Of a stretch of DNA of 64,000 nucleotides, positions 15,001 to 30,000 are shown piece after piece. Position 1 is the stretch's first letter. The number at the start of each line of letters is the position of its first letter. The stretch comes from Candidatus Omnitrophota bacterium (GTDB lineage Bacteria > Omnitrophota > Gorgyraeia > Duberdicusellales > 4484-171), in NCBI GenBank assembly GCA_037146775.1, contig JBAWWL010000001.1:5464-69463 (forward strand). The letters run 5' to 3'. Under the pieces are notes generated by a model. The model was given only the letters and a program-made list of their open reading frames with translations, had not been told where the DNA came from and did not search any database. A program made the position numbers and the translations under genes.

Positions 15001-18000
15001 CTCCTCTTGCCACACCCAACCAAACTCCAAAAGTTAATTTTGTCCAAATGCGTCCGGGTACAGGCCAAAATATTGCTATGCGCTTAGGTGAATCTTTTGA
15101 GATTGAGTTAGTGATTCATGCTACCGATGGAGTAACTAAGGAAATGTTAGACGTGGGAATTCATACCGATATTGATACCAGAGAGTGGCATGACATTGTT
15201 TGCGCGCAAAGCGATATCAAGCCTGCCATAGGTATCGGTGGCGTGGCTGCTCCCGGCGTATGGTTTATCACTATGACTATCCAGCCAAAAGTATGCGGGC
15301 ATTATCAGTTTAACGGCTGGGCCCAAATAAAACAGGAATATAGCCAGACCGTAGAAAGAAAATGGCCCTTAGGAGGCAATGTCTATGTACAGGTGCATAA
15401 TATGCCGGAGTGGGTTGATTTACAAAAATTTCATCCGGTATATGTTTCGTTAACCGATATTGTGCAAGAAGATGATGGCCAAGGTGGGAAATTACCACTT
15501 AACTGGACGGGTCTTAGCGCTTATATGCTTAAAAAACAACGAGAGCTTGGCAAAAATGTATTCATGCTTTCTCCGTTCTTTCCTACGCCTGATGCAGGAG
15601 GTTTTGGCCCTTTAACCGTATTTGCGCTTAACCCTCGTTTTACTGATTGGCAGGCTGTCCCGGAGCAAGGTTTACGGCCGATAGATAAGTTCCGTAATTT
15701 CCAGACGCATGCGGTCAGCTTACGTAGAAAACAATTTAATAATTTAACCGGGACCAAACAACTAGCTGATTATGCGCATTTTATCGCCGAGCGTATATTT
15801 GGCGGCAATGTATCTCCGGTATACGGAGTAACATACGATAGTGCTGATTTTCTATCGCAAGCTGAAGCCGAGCAATTCATCTTATATGAGCAATTCGTCA
15901 ATTTCGAACAAGTTTATTGGTTATTAGAGAAGACCACCGCTTGCGGTATACGTATATTAGGAGATATCCCTTATTTTCGTAACTTAGACGGTCCGGACGT
16001 TTTATATAACCGGCAATATTTTCTTAGTGACAATGATATTTTGAATAGATGGATTGGTCACCAAGCTTTACGACAGTGTTTACTTAAGGATTTGGACGTA
16101 CCTGAGTTGGCAGAGTATGCACGCAGAGAATTACCTGAAATAGAATGGTTTATTGGGGAAGATTTTGCGCAATTACCCCCGCATATTCAGCAAAGAATTA
16201 GGGCTGACCACAGCGGTTTAATTTATATACCGCCCGATATCCCGGTTGATTGTGCTGGTTTTAAAAACGGGCACGTGCAGCGTTTTGGCAACCTGGCCAG
16301 TTGGAACGATCCGGCTATTGATAAGTTAGTTAATCACGGACAACAAGATCCGCGTTTAGCTGCTTTTCAATTCTGGGATACAGTTTTTCCGGCGTTATTT
16401 GGCACTAGTACCACCCGTTTGGCTGGTTGGCGATTAGACGGCTTACATTTTTATGGACGCAGTTCTTTCCGCCAGGGTGCAAAGAGAATTTTTGACAGTA
16501 CATTGCTTTGGGATAATATAGGGAAATTTTTCCAGGAACATAAATTATTAGCCATTGTTGAGCAGTTAGGAGCAGACCCATTGCCTTATTTTCATTTCAT
16601 GAAACTTGGATTTTTACAGTATGCGTTTATCCTAGATTTAAAGCCCAAAAGTCTTTCTGATTTATGTCAGGAGGTTGCCGGAATATCGCGCGGCATTGCC
16701 TTTACCGTGGTTGATACTCATGACAGCCAGCGTTGGGCGCTCGATTATTACCGTATGCTTGCTTATTTTGCTTATCTGGATAGCGGTGCCAACCAACCCG
16801 CCGTTTGCGATGATATTTTTGATTCACAGAAACGTTATGCACTAGCACCTCAAGTTATGGAAGATTTCCGTGTCGAGGCAGCAAAAGTTTTAGCACACGC
16901 CGGACTGGTATTCTTAGGACTTTTATCTTTAGGTCCGCGCATGGAAACAACCATGTTAAGTCTTGCTGAATTTGGCACACTTGATAGTATCAAACGCGAA
17001 TTTCTCGATAACGGCGTAGTGGTGGGTACAGCCTGGGGGACTGAAGTGAGAGGCCGCAATGATTTCTCTCCTTGGTTAAAACGCTTTGGGCAGATTCGTG
17101 AAGAAAACCCCGCTATCAGTCATGCTGACGCAATATTTATCGGCAACAACCACCAAGGTAGTGTGTATTCATTTGTAAAGTCTTATCAAGATAATCGTTT
17201 AGTTTGCGTAGCAAACCTAAGTGCTGCCTCGCGCGCAACCGAACTTTTATTGCCGGCTGCTCGCGAATTTAATATTTATGGAGCCAGTCGACTTGTTTTT
17301 AGAGATATTATCAGTGGAGACGTGGTAGACACCGACGGTTTTCATTTTTATTACACCTTGAAACCCGGGCAAGTTGCGGTATTTAAGTTAGAACACATTG
17401 AGACCAATCCTCATCATCTAACCCGCTTGCTTGATGTTGAGGCTGTGCCGGGTAACCACAGCATAAATTTTGATTGGGTAAATAGGCATCGGGAAATTCC
17501 GCTTCCCAGTTCAAGCCGGATGATTATTCGTAACCCCGCCCCATTTTTTGTTTCTCTTCGCGGTCTAGATAGGGGTGGCGAGCATATTTTTGAAGCTAGT
17601 TACGCTTCACAGGCACAGCGCCACGTCGCAGTCGTTACTGGCCTTATGCCTGGTAGATATGAAATGCGTTTTTGCTGGTCCTGTTTTGATCCTAACATGG
17701 CGGCTTACGAAAAATGGGAAAGCGAAACTTATTTTGTACGGGTCTTACCTGGCGCCGAGACAATGTTGGCAGAGCGTGAACCGGGTCAGGTGTCGCTACG
17801 CCTAACCGGCGAACAAATACGCAAACACTGGTATCCGCATAATTCAGTTACTTTGGGAAATAATTTAGGTAGCATGTTACGTATACCGCTCAGGCCATTA
17901 ATTCGTAATCGATATTCCGCAGAGGAGAAAGAAACTTGCGGCTATACTACAAAATATGACGGTTTTCAGGCAAATCTTTTATCCAGCGTTCCAGATCAGA

Positions 18001-21000
18001 GCCGCCGTGTTTTATACCGCGGAGTGGTAGAGGTTGTGCGCGTTACTTTTCCCAATGATGCTTATGTAGAATTTCCCCTTAGGCTAGAGCACTTAGAGTC
18101 TTTTGAATGTTATCCGGCGCCGCACTGGACCTTTAATTTTCACCATTGGTCATTTAATTCGGATACAAGAGTGGTGATTACTAAAACCGCACTCATAGAG
18201 GAAGACAGTAACGCTTTTGCTCTGCAGTATCGGCTAGAGGAGATAAGCCATGATGTAAGCAAGGTTGAATTATTCTTGCGTCCGGAAGTCGATCAGCGTG
18301 AACACCACGACACAACTAAGGGCGGTTTTGACTGGTGGAATTCGCGCCATCGCCTCATATCAAGAGATAACAGGTCTTACGGTTTTGCCATTGAGACCGT
18401 TAATGATGATTGGCGTACGTGGTATCCTGGTTTTGAAGGCTTTGCCATGACTATTACAAGCGGGGACTATAGCTTTGCGCCGGAATGGCGTTATGCTCAC
18501 AATCCTATAGAAGCAGAACGCGGCCAAGATGATTGGAGCGATAGCTATAGTCCGGGTTATTTCCATGCCACTCTCAACAATAGCCAACGTAGTACCTCAT
18601 TAACCTTTTTAAGTATTGATTGTCATTATATGTATATGCAACATAGCTCGCGCTGGTGTGAGCGTAGTAATCAATATGAGGCTACTATTAATGGTTTGGC
18701 GCCCGGAAGTTACGATATAGAATTTTATTGGCCGGCCGCCGGGAAAAAAGAGTCTTATCGCCTGGATGTTTTTCAAAGTAATGATGGCTCAATTAGGGAT
18801 TGGGACTGGGATCACAAAGAACACAATGCTGCGATGTCCTGCGCTGGCGGCTTACGGGTGAGGAATGGGCATATCTTTTTCTTACGCGCACTTAGGGCTG
18901 GTACGCAGGATCAGGTAAAGCCTTTTGCTATTGTGGGGGGATTGTCCGGATTGTTGAGTGATACTCGTCTGACCAACGAGGGCGATGTTGAAACTTTGCG
19001 TCAGGAAAGAGTACAATTACAAAATGCCCGGCTTGGCCGTATTCCCGAAGACATGCGTAAAGACCCCTTTGTGCAGTCAATGGCTTTAGCGCTTTGGCAA
19101 TTCGTTTGTCGCCGTGCGCATTTTTACACTATTATTGCTGGATATCCTTGGTTTGCGGATTGGGGTAGAGACACTTTCCGGTGTTTTGGCGCCCTTTTAG
19201 AGCTGGGTATGCATGATATTGCCGAAGGCCTGCTTGGCGCATTCGGCAATAAAGAAGACCGCGGCGGAATGCCTAATATTGTTACTGGAGATACTGCGGA
19301 GAATTACGATACAGTTGATGCTCCGCTGCTTTATGTTTTAGCAGTACGTGATTTAATCGCTAAGACAGATAATCCTGCTATCCTTGATCGTGATATCGGA
19401 GGAAGAACTATTTTTTCTGTGGTTGAGTCTATCGTCAGACATTTCCGGCAAGGCACGCCTCAAGGTGTACGCATGAATCAGGCAACTGGCTTAGTTTGGG
19501 CGCCGGCGCATTTTACTTTTATGGATACCAACTTTCCTGCTGCTACTCCGCGACAAGGTTTCTGCGGCGATATCAATGCTGATTGGCGTGAAGTTTTACT
19601 TTTTGTTTCCGGTCAATTGCGCCGTCGCGGCAGAATTCAAGAAGCAGAAGAATTAGAACGTTTAGCCCATCAGGTTACGCAAAGCTGTAACGAATTTTTC
19701 TTTGTGAATAATTTCGGCGGCTATTTGGCGGATCATATTCATACCGATAATCCTGATGTGCATCCTCGTGATGGCGTAGTCTGTCAAACCGTTAGGCCGA
19801 ACATGATGAGGATGATGCTAGCCAAGGATTTGATTACTAAAGAACGCCAGCAGCAGGCAGTACGCGTGGCAGAGGATAAGCTGGTTTGTCCGGCAGGCAT
19901 GCGCAGTCGCTCTGAAGAGCGTTTAGCCAGCGATTGGGAGAGGCAAAGCAATCAGACGCAAAGCGTTTTAATCTCGGTTGCCGAGCCGCACTTTGGTTAT
20001 GTTCCTTTTTATGAAGGAGTCGAAAATGACAGTTACCAGCAGCCCAATAGAAAGCTTGGTTATCATAACGGCACTGTTTGGTCACATGTTTTTGCCGACT
20101 GGGCGCTTGCCTATTGCGAAGCATACGATTGGTCGCGTCAGGCCATTGAACACGTACTGCCGTATTTTCATACTTTCTTTGAACATTTAAGCGAGGCTGG
20201 AATCGGCAGTATTTCTGAGGTACTTGACGGCCATTGCGGAGATACGCTTGGCCGGCATTGGCCGCGCGGCTGTTCCGATCAAGCCTGGGGGGTTGCTTGT
20301 GTAGCTGAGGCCTATATAAAAATAATGCGTGTCTACCGCACGATACTGGCGAGAGAAAAAGCCAATACCCCAAGTCAAACATCATCTAGCTCTGTTAATT
20401 CTGATTGGTATCGCCGTAACGAAATAAGAGCATTAGTGCCGCAGGCAAGTTCTGTGGTTAACATATTGTCGTTAGCGCTAAAACCAGAGCCGGCGTTAAA
20501 GAACAGTACAATACATTATTATTTTCAAGTATCCTCACCCCTAGAAGGCAAAAAACACTTGCTCAAATCTAGATTAAGTAGCCAGGAACGCCGTTGTCGG
20601 GATTTGATTATCAAAGCATTAAGATTTAGAAAAATGCCTATAGATAATGCTTTGCAGCAATCTATTCCCAGTGCGTTGGGGGCAGTAAGGGAAATTGCTC
20701 CTCCTAATACTTCAACAAAAATTTTAGGAGCAAAAGTTGATCGCGTTGTACTTGGTTTTGTACGTGATTTCGCGCTCAACCTTATCAACCAGGGTATTTA
20801 TCCTTGCTCAAGCTTGCAGTATGGGATACCTTTGCTTGTGCGCATACAGAGGCTATCCAATAGAAGTAAGGATATCTGTTGTTTGCACCTGATCTTAAAT
20901 GAACTGGAGCGGATCGTAAGAGATCTCGGCAAGCGTTTTATTAATCCCCATCGTACGCTTATTGCCGCAAGGGGGTTGGTTGATAAAGTAGAGTGGGATA

Positions 21001-24000
21001 AGGCCATAGACCATAGAGAGATAGAAATATATGTACAATGGCTTTTTGCGGCAGCTGAACTGGTACCTGTTTGGACGAGGCTTTCCGAAGAGCACATAGA
21101 TAGAGAGATATTATTTGCATACTGGGTAAAAGCCGCTGCAGCGCCTGATTTTGATGTTCAAGGAGTAACTACCCGCATATATAGAGAAAAAACTTGGGCC
21201 ATGAGAGAAGAAAAATTTTCATCAGCAGAAGAGCTTCTTTCTTTAAGAGATGCTTTACGCAGAGATATAAGCAAAGCGCATGTGCGAGGAGGAGGTATTC
21301 ATAGCGAACGTTTTAATTTTTGTCCATGGCAAGAAGAGACAGTTAGAGTTTTTACTGCTAGTTGTATGACCAAAGGAGTTATATCGGAATTTGAATTGAA
21401 TATTTCATTGTTTGGGATAAATGAAGCAATAAGTATCTGGAGGCATTATCCCCCGGGAACAGAGGTGGAGATATTGGAGGAGTCTATCTTAGGCGAATTT
21501 CAAGGGCAAACATGCTATGTTTTTAGGGTTAGGTATCGTATGCCAAAGGTTGACGTCCAGGACAGATTAACCACTCAGGACGTGTCCGCCGGATTAGAAG
21601 GATTATCTTTAAATGCAGTTAGTAGCCCTATGGTTACGACCATAAAAGAAAAAGTGGGGCTTGCTGAAGAGAAATTTCTTAGCCGGATTACGGCTTTGCC
21701 GCAAGTATCATTTTCTGATGCTTTGTGCTCTTTCTGTTTGCCGAATCCCTCCGGAGAAATAATCTGTCACAGGTTAGATAGCTCTCCGCAAAAAGCAAGC
21801 ATGATGGCTATCTCAGCCTTGCAAGACTTATATGAAATAGAGTTGACTAGAATAAGAGGAATTAATGCTTGGTTTATTACTAAAGGCGCAAAGGACGAGG
21901 TAACGCAGGATTCAATAATGCCATATTTACGCCGCGGTTTATCTGATATGGCTTTTCATAGTGGTGATCATCGGGCAAACAGAGACATTCCTGATAGCGA
22001 TCGTACATTATATCTGCCTTATCCGCAAGATCCACTAGCGAGTTTACATAATGGACGTAAAGAGGGTGTTGTTACTGCGCGAGGAATTTTGCTTTATGAT
22101 GCAAGCGAGCTCAAACATCCCGAGAGCCAGGAACCCTGGTTTGCTAGCGGAGGAGAATTCCATCCTTTATTTAGAGGTGTTGCGGCTATGTCTGAAGCAG
22201 ACAAAGAAAGGGAAATGATAGCTTTTTATGAGAAGCTCAATATAAAATACCGTTTTATTCCTTACGCACAACTAGATTTAGATGAAATTTATCAACAGGG
22301 CTCTCTGGCGCCGTTTGAAAGACTTTCTTCGACAAAGCCCTTAGAGAGAATTTCAGCGCTGTATCATCTTAATCATTTATTGGGCATTGACAGCCTTGAG
22401 CTTATTTCTGCCTCTTGCGATGATACAAGTCCGATAGTACGCAGGGTATTGCCTGAACTTTTATTCATGCCGTGGGTATTGGTTCCATTGGCTCAAGGAA
22501 AATCTAAAGAGCAATTGCAGCTTTGGCAAGCTATTGCGGGAAGGCTTATTCGCGACTCAGATACAAGGGTTAATTTGGATATGATAGGAAGGTTTTTTGA
22601 GTATCAAGTTACATTTTGTAAAATCGGCATCACCGGTTCGTTATTTCAGGCAGCTCAAGAAAGTTTAAGAAGAATAATCGCTAAGGGTGAGCCTGAAATA
22701 GGCGAACGCGCTAGAAAATTATTGCTTAAATCTAGTGTTGGTAATATTGCGTATGTGGTCTCTTGTTTAGAGCCCTCAAGACAAGAATTCCAAGGTAGTT
22801 CCCCGGTTACTGCTGATATCCCGGCTTATGCTCAAGGTGTTTATGATTGGTTTGCGGATAAGCGTAATACCGCGCACGAGCATCAATTTAGATCTAGGTT
22901 TATGTGCGAGAAAACTGAAACGTTTGTGATGAAACTTTTACCAGCTGCCATTAGCGCTTTAGGAGTGATTTTGTACGGTGCCAATGGTTTATATATTGAG
23001 CCAGGTATTACTACTGATGAAATGGATGGGCATTTAACCGGCCAAGATGGCAATGAAGTTTACATGCGCGAAACCGTTTCTGCTAAAGGTAAAACCATTG
23101 AATTTAAATCATACCGGGTGCTTGATGCGGCCATTGCGCGTCTCGATAAAGATTATGCTTGTTCATACTCAGATAGGTTAGATACCCGTTATCCTGGAGA
23201 GGTAGAATTATTAATATTTGCTTGTGAAGGGCTATTATTGGTTGAACGCGCGAGCATCGTTGAAAGATGCCAGGATGTTTTGGCTCGATTAGCTACCTAT
23301 GAGAAAGTGCCAAGAGAAAAAACTTTACGAGATATTTTACTTACATATTTTAGGAACTACCCCGAACAGAGAAGAGTGCTATTTCCCTTGGTTTTATACC
23401 AGGTGAGTGAAAAATCAATATTTAATATACTTAAAAATTCAAACGAAGTCTGTGCTGACGCACAAGTCCTCCTAGAATTTATTGAAACCTTGCAAAGTTT
23501 TTGTGCAGGAGGTATGGAAGAAAACCTAAAAGCCATACTTGAGACATTTCTAGCTATTAAAAACCGTTCCGGAGAGTTTCTTACTTTGGAACTCTTAACT
23601 GATGAGCTGACCCGGAGTATTGAAAAAAGAGAAAAAGCTGTCTATGAGCGTAAAAGCCGAAGCGAAGAATTTAAGTATACAACTCGAAGTTGGCCGGTAA
23701 TTAATTTAGCTGGGAATGAACCGGGAATATGTGTTTTTGGCGATAGTGGACAGTATTGGTATTCCAACAAAGTTATACCGGCTTACCGGATGCATCCGGC
23801 TGAATTGATAGATGCGGTAGAGGCTCTAAGGCGTTTTGGCGATCGCAGGTATTTAGCAGCTTTAGCTCAAAGCAATGAGAGTATTTTTTCAAAGTTTCCG
23901 CCGCATTTATTACGTGTGCTTTTAAGCATTTTCTTTATCAGACAGGTTGATTATACACCGCCCGACAACAATGGTTGTAAAACAACCTATGGAGAAGCTT

Positions 24001-27000
24001 CCGGGTTCCTTTCGGGGTTACACCTTGGACAAGACAGGGGGGAATTTGTTTTTGATGTTCCGGGTCATATTGTGTTACCGGAGGTGCTTAATGATAATAG
24101 CAACGCACCGAGTTTTAGAGGAAAAACTTTTCTTTGCCCGGAAGAGTTTCTGCAGCATCAAGGTATACAGATAGTAGGCCAATTATGGGCAAGTGGCCGT
24201 AACCTTTACGCAAGATTATCTGACGGCCGGCGGCTAGTAATTAAATTAGTCAATCAGGAAATTGCCGAAAATAAAAGGTCAGATCAGGATGCCCAAATTC
24301 TTGAATTAGAACGCGAAATGCGTTTATTAAGCGTTATGCTGCAGGCAATTGACTCTTTATCTTTAAGATGCGGCTACGCTGTTCCTGTAGCTATTAAAGG
24401 AACTAAAGACGAAGAATATCTTTTTGGCATTCATAGTTTAGGAGGCTTGGCAAAAGATTTCTATCCTCGTTTAAGTTTTAATCCGGAGAAAGAAATCAGA
24501 GGTTATATTTGCGCGGCATATATTGCTCCGGAAAACGAAGCTGTAAATGCTTTCTGTTATCAGGATGACCCGTCTCAGGAGTGGTTTCCGGAAAGAAATA
24601 TTCTCACCGGTATTTGGGATAGGGCATCTTTGGCTCGTTGGGGAGTGTTCTTACACCAGTGGGATAGTTTTAACCACCGTTCGGATGCACCCTATGATTG
24701 GTCGTATAATAGCAGAGAGACTGATTCGGCGCAATTAGCTAATCTTCGTGGTCCGGGCACTATCCCTAATTGGGTGAATAACGCTAGGTATACAAATTAT
24801 CGCGGAGGCAGAAGTCAGGCGTTTTTGGCTGATGTGGGCCATGCTTTAAGGCTTCAAAGAGCTTGGGATGCTAAGCGTATTCGAATGTATTTGGGGGATA
24901 TGCCGTTTTTCGGAATTTTAACCGAAGGTTCAAACATGTGGAAACATTTTGATTATCCCTATAAATTCTATTATCCGGATGAGCGCAGCCGTTTTACCGG
25001 CTTTATGCGTGGTGCATATAAAGCGATGTATGAAGGCTTTACCCGTACTCATACCCATCTTTTTGATGACGACCGGGTTTTTGATTTTAGTTTTTATGCG
25101 GCAAGAGCGATGTATGAAATGGGTTATGTACTGCGCCGGGAAATATTTTTTAATGATGCAGAGGCTAGGGGGCGCAGACAGCGCGAAGGTGACTTTATGA
25201 ATTTTGATCTTGGTTACGGCCATGGCGTATTTCCTATAACCGATGGATTAATTGGACCAACCTTTATGGTGATAACCTTAGCTATGGTTGAGAAGAAAAT
25301 CCGTGATGATATAGCCAAAGGGTATCTTTCTTCATCACCCCTGTCCATGCTATCAGAAGCGGCAGAATCGCAACCCAATAAATCTTACCGTAGAACTTAT
25401 GGTATTTATAGAATGTGCTCAACTTCTTCGCCGCTTGCCGCAGGAGGCAATGATGGCTACCCTATTGCGCTGCCGGTTGCTATACATGAACTATGGGCAA
25501 AGAGATATCAGAGAAAAGACTTAGCCGATATAACTCTGCACAAAGGGTCCAGTGGCTATGTTTTTGAAACTATCGCCTGGAAAGTTTCGGCACTAACAGA
25601 AATAGAACCGGATAAACTAATCGCCCTTCTTAATGCCCGCAAGGGATTCTTAGAACATGCTCCGCCAACACTAACCATTAGTATAACATTGAATGTCGCA
25701 AACCTAGGAGTTGTCGAGCCGCAAAGTCTAGCTCTTACCAACGCTTCCCATAATACCTTAACTATTTATGCCCATCCGGGAATATTCAGTATCCCTTGCG
25801 CAATTGCTGAAGACGCTCTCTGCTATGGGTTAATGAAAATAATAATTCGTAATCATCGTCAGGCATTACGCGCTAATCAACAGTATTTCTCAAATAATTT
25901 TAGGCGTGCTAACCATTTATTACGCATGCTAAAAATTGCAGATGTTATTGCAGGGCGTTCTTATGTGCGCGCGATAGAGAAAACAAGCCATGAAGCATTT
26001 TACCAGCAATACCCTCGTTTAAGGCGTCCTCTTGATAAGATACGCATGTTTCATGGCAGAGATTTCTCTTTTGAAAGATTTATCTGGAAAATCCACAGCT
26101 TATTTGCTTACGAAGGCCAAGCCAATGATTTAATCCACCGGTTTGTTGAGCATGCGTTAGTAGAAATGGCCGCGAATGTACACATTGACGGCCAAGCCGG
26201 CCATATTTTAGGCCTCGCTGGAGAGATCTCCGGTTTGCATGAGGTGGCCATAAAGCGCAATAGCACACTTAGGCATATTCATTTAGGCAGGCTCCAGGCC
26301 CTTGATGAAATAGTACATGTAAGTGGTGAAGGTACAAAAGAATTTGACGCTATCAGTACCGACTCCGTGTTTGAATTCAAATTTCACCTTACTCTGCGTA
26401 AGCTTTACCAGCAGGTCATCGGCAGAGATCGTCTGCGTACGCCGCATTTAAAAGTACTTATTGAAAATCATGACCTTGCTCATATTAACAATCTTGTTTA
26501 TTTCGGCGAAGCAGACAGTGGTTATGTGGTTAGGGCGATAAACGCATTTTTAAAAGAAAGGCCAGATATTGTTTCGCGCCTCGATATTACCGCCTCCGGA
26601 GGCACATCTTTAAAGTTAACATTGGGTGAAGTAAAAGATTTTCTTTGCTGTGAGTCTACTCTTGCATATGCTCAGCAAGAGGTGTGCGTTGAGACTGGCC
26701 ACGGTGGAGGGTTTGAGCATTCCAGTGACTATACCGGCGAACTTATTAGTAGAAAACTTGCTCAGCTAGACGGAAGAAAATTTGACGTGATCATTTCGGT
26801 CAGTAACACGCCGAAAGATGCTTTAAGAGAAGCAAGAGAAATAAAGGCGGAAGCATCTTCATCTATTGATGTCAATGGCAATACCGGTGAGTCAAGTCAG
26901 ACTAAAATTTTACAACAACTTGGTATGTCATCTTGGCGCCCGGAACATACCATTGCCCTAAAAGCCATGTTTTACCAACTTAAGGGAGAAGCCAGCGGGT

Positions 27001-30000
27001 TAAGGCAACTGCTAATTCATCAATTAGGTAATATTTTTGGCGCAGTTAATATTTATGACTTGGATATTGATGAGATTCGTGGGCTTTTCTATGAATCAGG
27101 CAGGGCGATTAACCCTAATACGGATAATATTTTTGATACTATAGCTCAGTTGCGGAAAGTGCGTGTCAGGCAAGAAGTCACGCATGGCAGCCTAGAGCGT
27201 TATCTTTGGCTTACCGGTTCCGATTCGATAACCGATGGCATGTGCGATGAATGTGCTAGAGCCCTACGAGATGCAGAACAACGGCATATTAGTGTTTCAG
27301 TTGAAGGTAGACATGTTATAGATTGCGGAAGTATAAACCAATATTATGGTGTGGTTGATAATATGCACGGCCGCATAGTTATAGATTTTGCGCTTGGGCC
27401 CTATGATCTTAAAAAATATGAAAAGCAGGTGGTAATTTTATCATTGGCTGAGTATCAAGATTTATTGGCAAAACTTTTTGCGCAACAAGTTGAAACTATT
27501 TTTAGCGCGGAAAAAATAGAATTAATACACAAGCTTGAGCATCAATTTTGGGCAGAACGTTTCGCGTTACTTTCACAAATTGCCAGCCAATCCAGTCCGC
27601 TGACCATTCATAGAGGCTCTTCAGCTATCCCGGCAGATATGGCTACAAAACCAGAAATAGTTTTGCCTACTACCCCTCGAGAATGGTATGAATGTTTTTA
27701 TCAAGTTTATCGGGCTTTATCTTGCCGCAACAGTCCTGAAGAAAATACAAGGCTTTTGGGGTGGACTTTTGAAAATTTAGAAAGGCTGGAAAATGATCAG
27801 GGTGAGCGTTTTGGCCGGCGCGAAAGCCATCTAAGACTATTAGCTCCTAGAATTGAAGCATTGCCTGGTTGGGGCAGGATGTTACGCGTTATACGAGAAA
27901 GTAACCCTGTGGCCCGCCGCAATTTAGCAATGTTTGAGAAGGACTATTTAACTATTTCGATCAATGTTCAGCTGGAGGCTGAATCTAGGACTATTGAATC
28001 AAAACAGGCAGCATTTGTAAAACTTGCTGAAACCGCAAGAAAAGAAAAAGCAAGAAAAGAAGAAAAGAATCGTAAAAGAGACGCTGGAAGAGGCATGACT
28101 CAAGACGAACTGCGCATAGCAGCCCGTAAGCGGGAAAAAGGACGTATCTCCAAAGAAAAAGCCAGGCCAGAAAAGAGGCAAAGAAAAGCTTCTGTTGAGG
28201 TGATTGAACCAGCGCAAAACCTGCCTGTATCCGTAGCAGTAACGGCAGATAGCGAGGTTTTAGCTACTCTTGATCCTATCGTTGTTCCGGGCGATACCCA
28301 GAGCGATACTGCGACAGAATCTGTCGTTACAGCTCAACCAGTAGTCCAAGCTACTATGCAAGTCCAGGCTCTTCCAGGAGAATTAGTCAAGCTTATAGCA
28401 ACACGCCGCGCCAAAGGTTTAACCTTCAATAGTTTTAGCCGTAAGTATGGTATTAGTTTACCTTACGTCTGGATAGTTGAGCATCGTTTAATCGTTGAAG
28501 ATTGGCTAGCTAGGCTTGACCAGCCTGAAGATGGCGCTGTTATGCTTGAGATAATAGAGCAATCACCTGCAATATTGATGTTTTGCGCAATTATGAATAC
28601 ATCTTTTGTAAATGAAAAACTTCTTGGATTAGGATTAGCTGAGAATGTGCCGTTTCCTTTATCTTTGCAAGGTAGTGATAAATCGGTTATCCAAGAAAAT
28701 TTAAGAAGAGCATTGGGAGTCTTGGCTGCGGTCGAAGCGGTTCATACACGAAATAATTCAGCCTTAGAAGAGTATTTTACAGTAACAGCAAATCAGCAAC
28801 GCTTGGCTGTTGTAGGTCAGCTACAGGCAGTAATGCGGGTTAATCTTACCCGGTTACGTTACCTTGGGGTGCGTAGCGGAACCTATCAACGTATTTCACA
28901 GGATGTACTTAGCCAGGAAACAGGTTTGCATCAGCAGACCATCCTTTATCTTGAACGCGGCAGAGATAATAGCCCTCTTTCGATGGAGCCGCTTATTAAA
29001 ATTATTCAAGCTTTAGCTTGTAATGAAAAGTTTGATTTTCCTATACCAGAAATTTCCGCAGTAGGTGAAAATGAGCATGCAGAAAAATGGGAAAGAGAAC
29101 AAGCGATATTGAATGCTTTATGCGACTGGCAGGAATTAGACAGATTATACCGCCTGCAAATGGCCGTAAAAGTTACCTCCGAGGCTCTTCTTTTATTAAG
29201 TCAAGATGGAGATGCTTCTGCAGATGAAGATTTTAATCACAAGCTTGATATTGCTTTAACGGATACTGCTGAGGGGGTCTCTTACGTTAATAAAGCAGAA
29301 ACATTAGTTCCTGCCAAGGGAGAACTTCCTGCCTTTGAAGGCTTGTTTGCTATTTCTTTTGGTCTAGCTGTGCGTCTCGCCAGAGAATTAGGTACTAACC
29401 TAGAAAGGTCTACAGACAGTGTTGCGGGTCAAAAGAAGCGCAAGCTTTTAGCGGTTAAAGATATAAGTACTGCAATCAGGCGGCCTGATTCATATATACT
29501 TTGTATTGAGCGTAATGACTCTGAAGAAGGTAAACTGATTATTTTTTATGTTGACGCAATTATCGCTTATTTTGCTTCTAAAGATATAGTTTTGTATGAA
29601 GCTGGCACAGGAGTTAACAAAGATTACGCATCAGTAGTAAAAATGCTATTTAATATTAGGGTGATTGATCGCACGCGTATACTTATCGCAGCGGTTCAGT
29701 CAGCCAATGGTGCAGATCCGGAATTCATCGCTAGCGAATCGTCTTTGGCTGATTTAGTTTCTAAAGGAGTATATGAAGGCAATAACGAAAGGCGTTTTAA
29801 CGGCGAGGCCTTGCGCCGGCTAGGCTTAAATCTAAAGGTTCTTACCCAAACTACACCCATTGAAGGAAAGCCTTATACTTTGGAACGGATGGCCGAGGCG
29901 CTGCATATTTCTAAGCGGCAACTCTTTCGAATAGTAAATGCCGAAGCGCCCATGCCTTATGCGGCATTTTATAGTATGGTAGTAAGCTTAGCCCAACTTT

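Noticed and set aside
19837-20385. Longest listed ORF (182 aa, minus strand), as well as 40973..41509 (-) 178 aa, 3839..4246 (-) 135 aa, 56472..56837 (-) 121 aa and all other minus-strand ORFs in the track.
   Set aside because: All are antisense to the continuous + strand frame-3 ORF. Their translations are low-complexity or Cys/Arg/Ser-rich with no recognisable motifs, and they are the sizes expected by chance opposite a long coding strand. They are treated as shadow ORFs.
27999-28217. Minus-strand 72-aa ORF rich in F/S/C (MRWFNHLNRSFSLPLFWPGFFFGD...) that looks like a small hydrophobic peptide gene.
   Set aside because: It is the reverse complement of the aag/aaa-rich K/R/E low-complexity linker of the giant ORF. 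Antisense poly-Lys and poly-Glu codons produce Phe- and Ser-rich artefacts.
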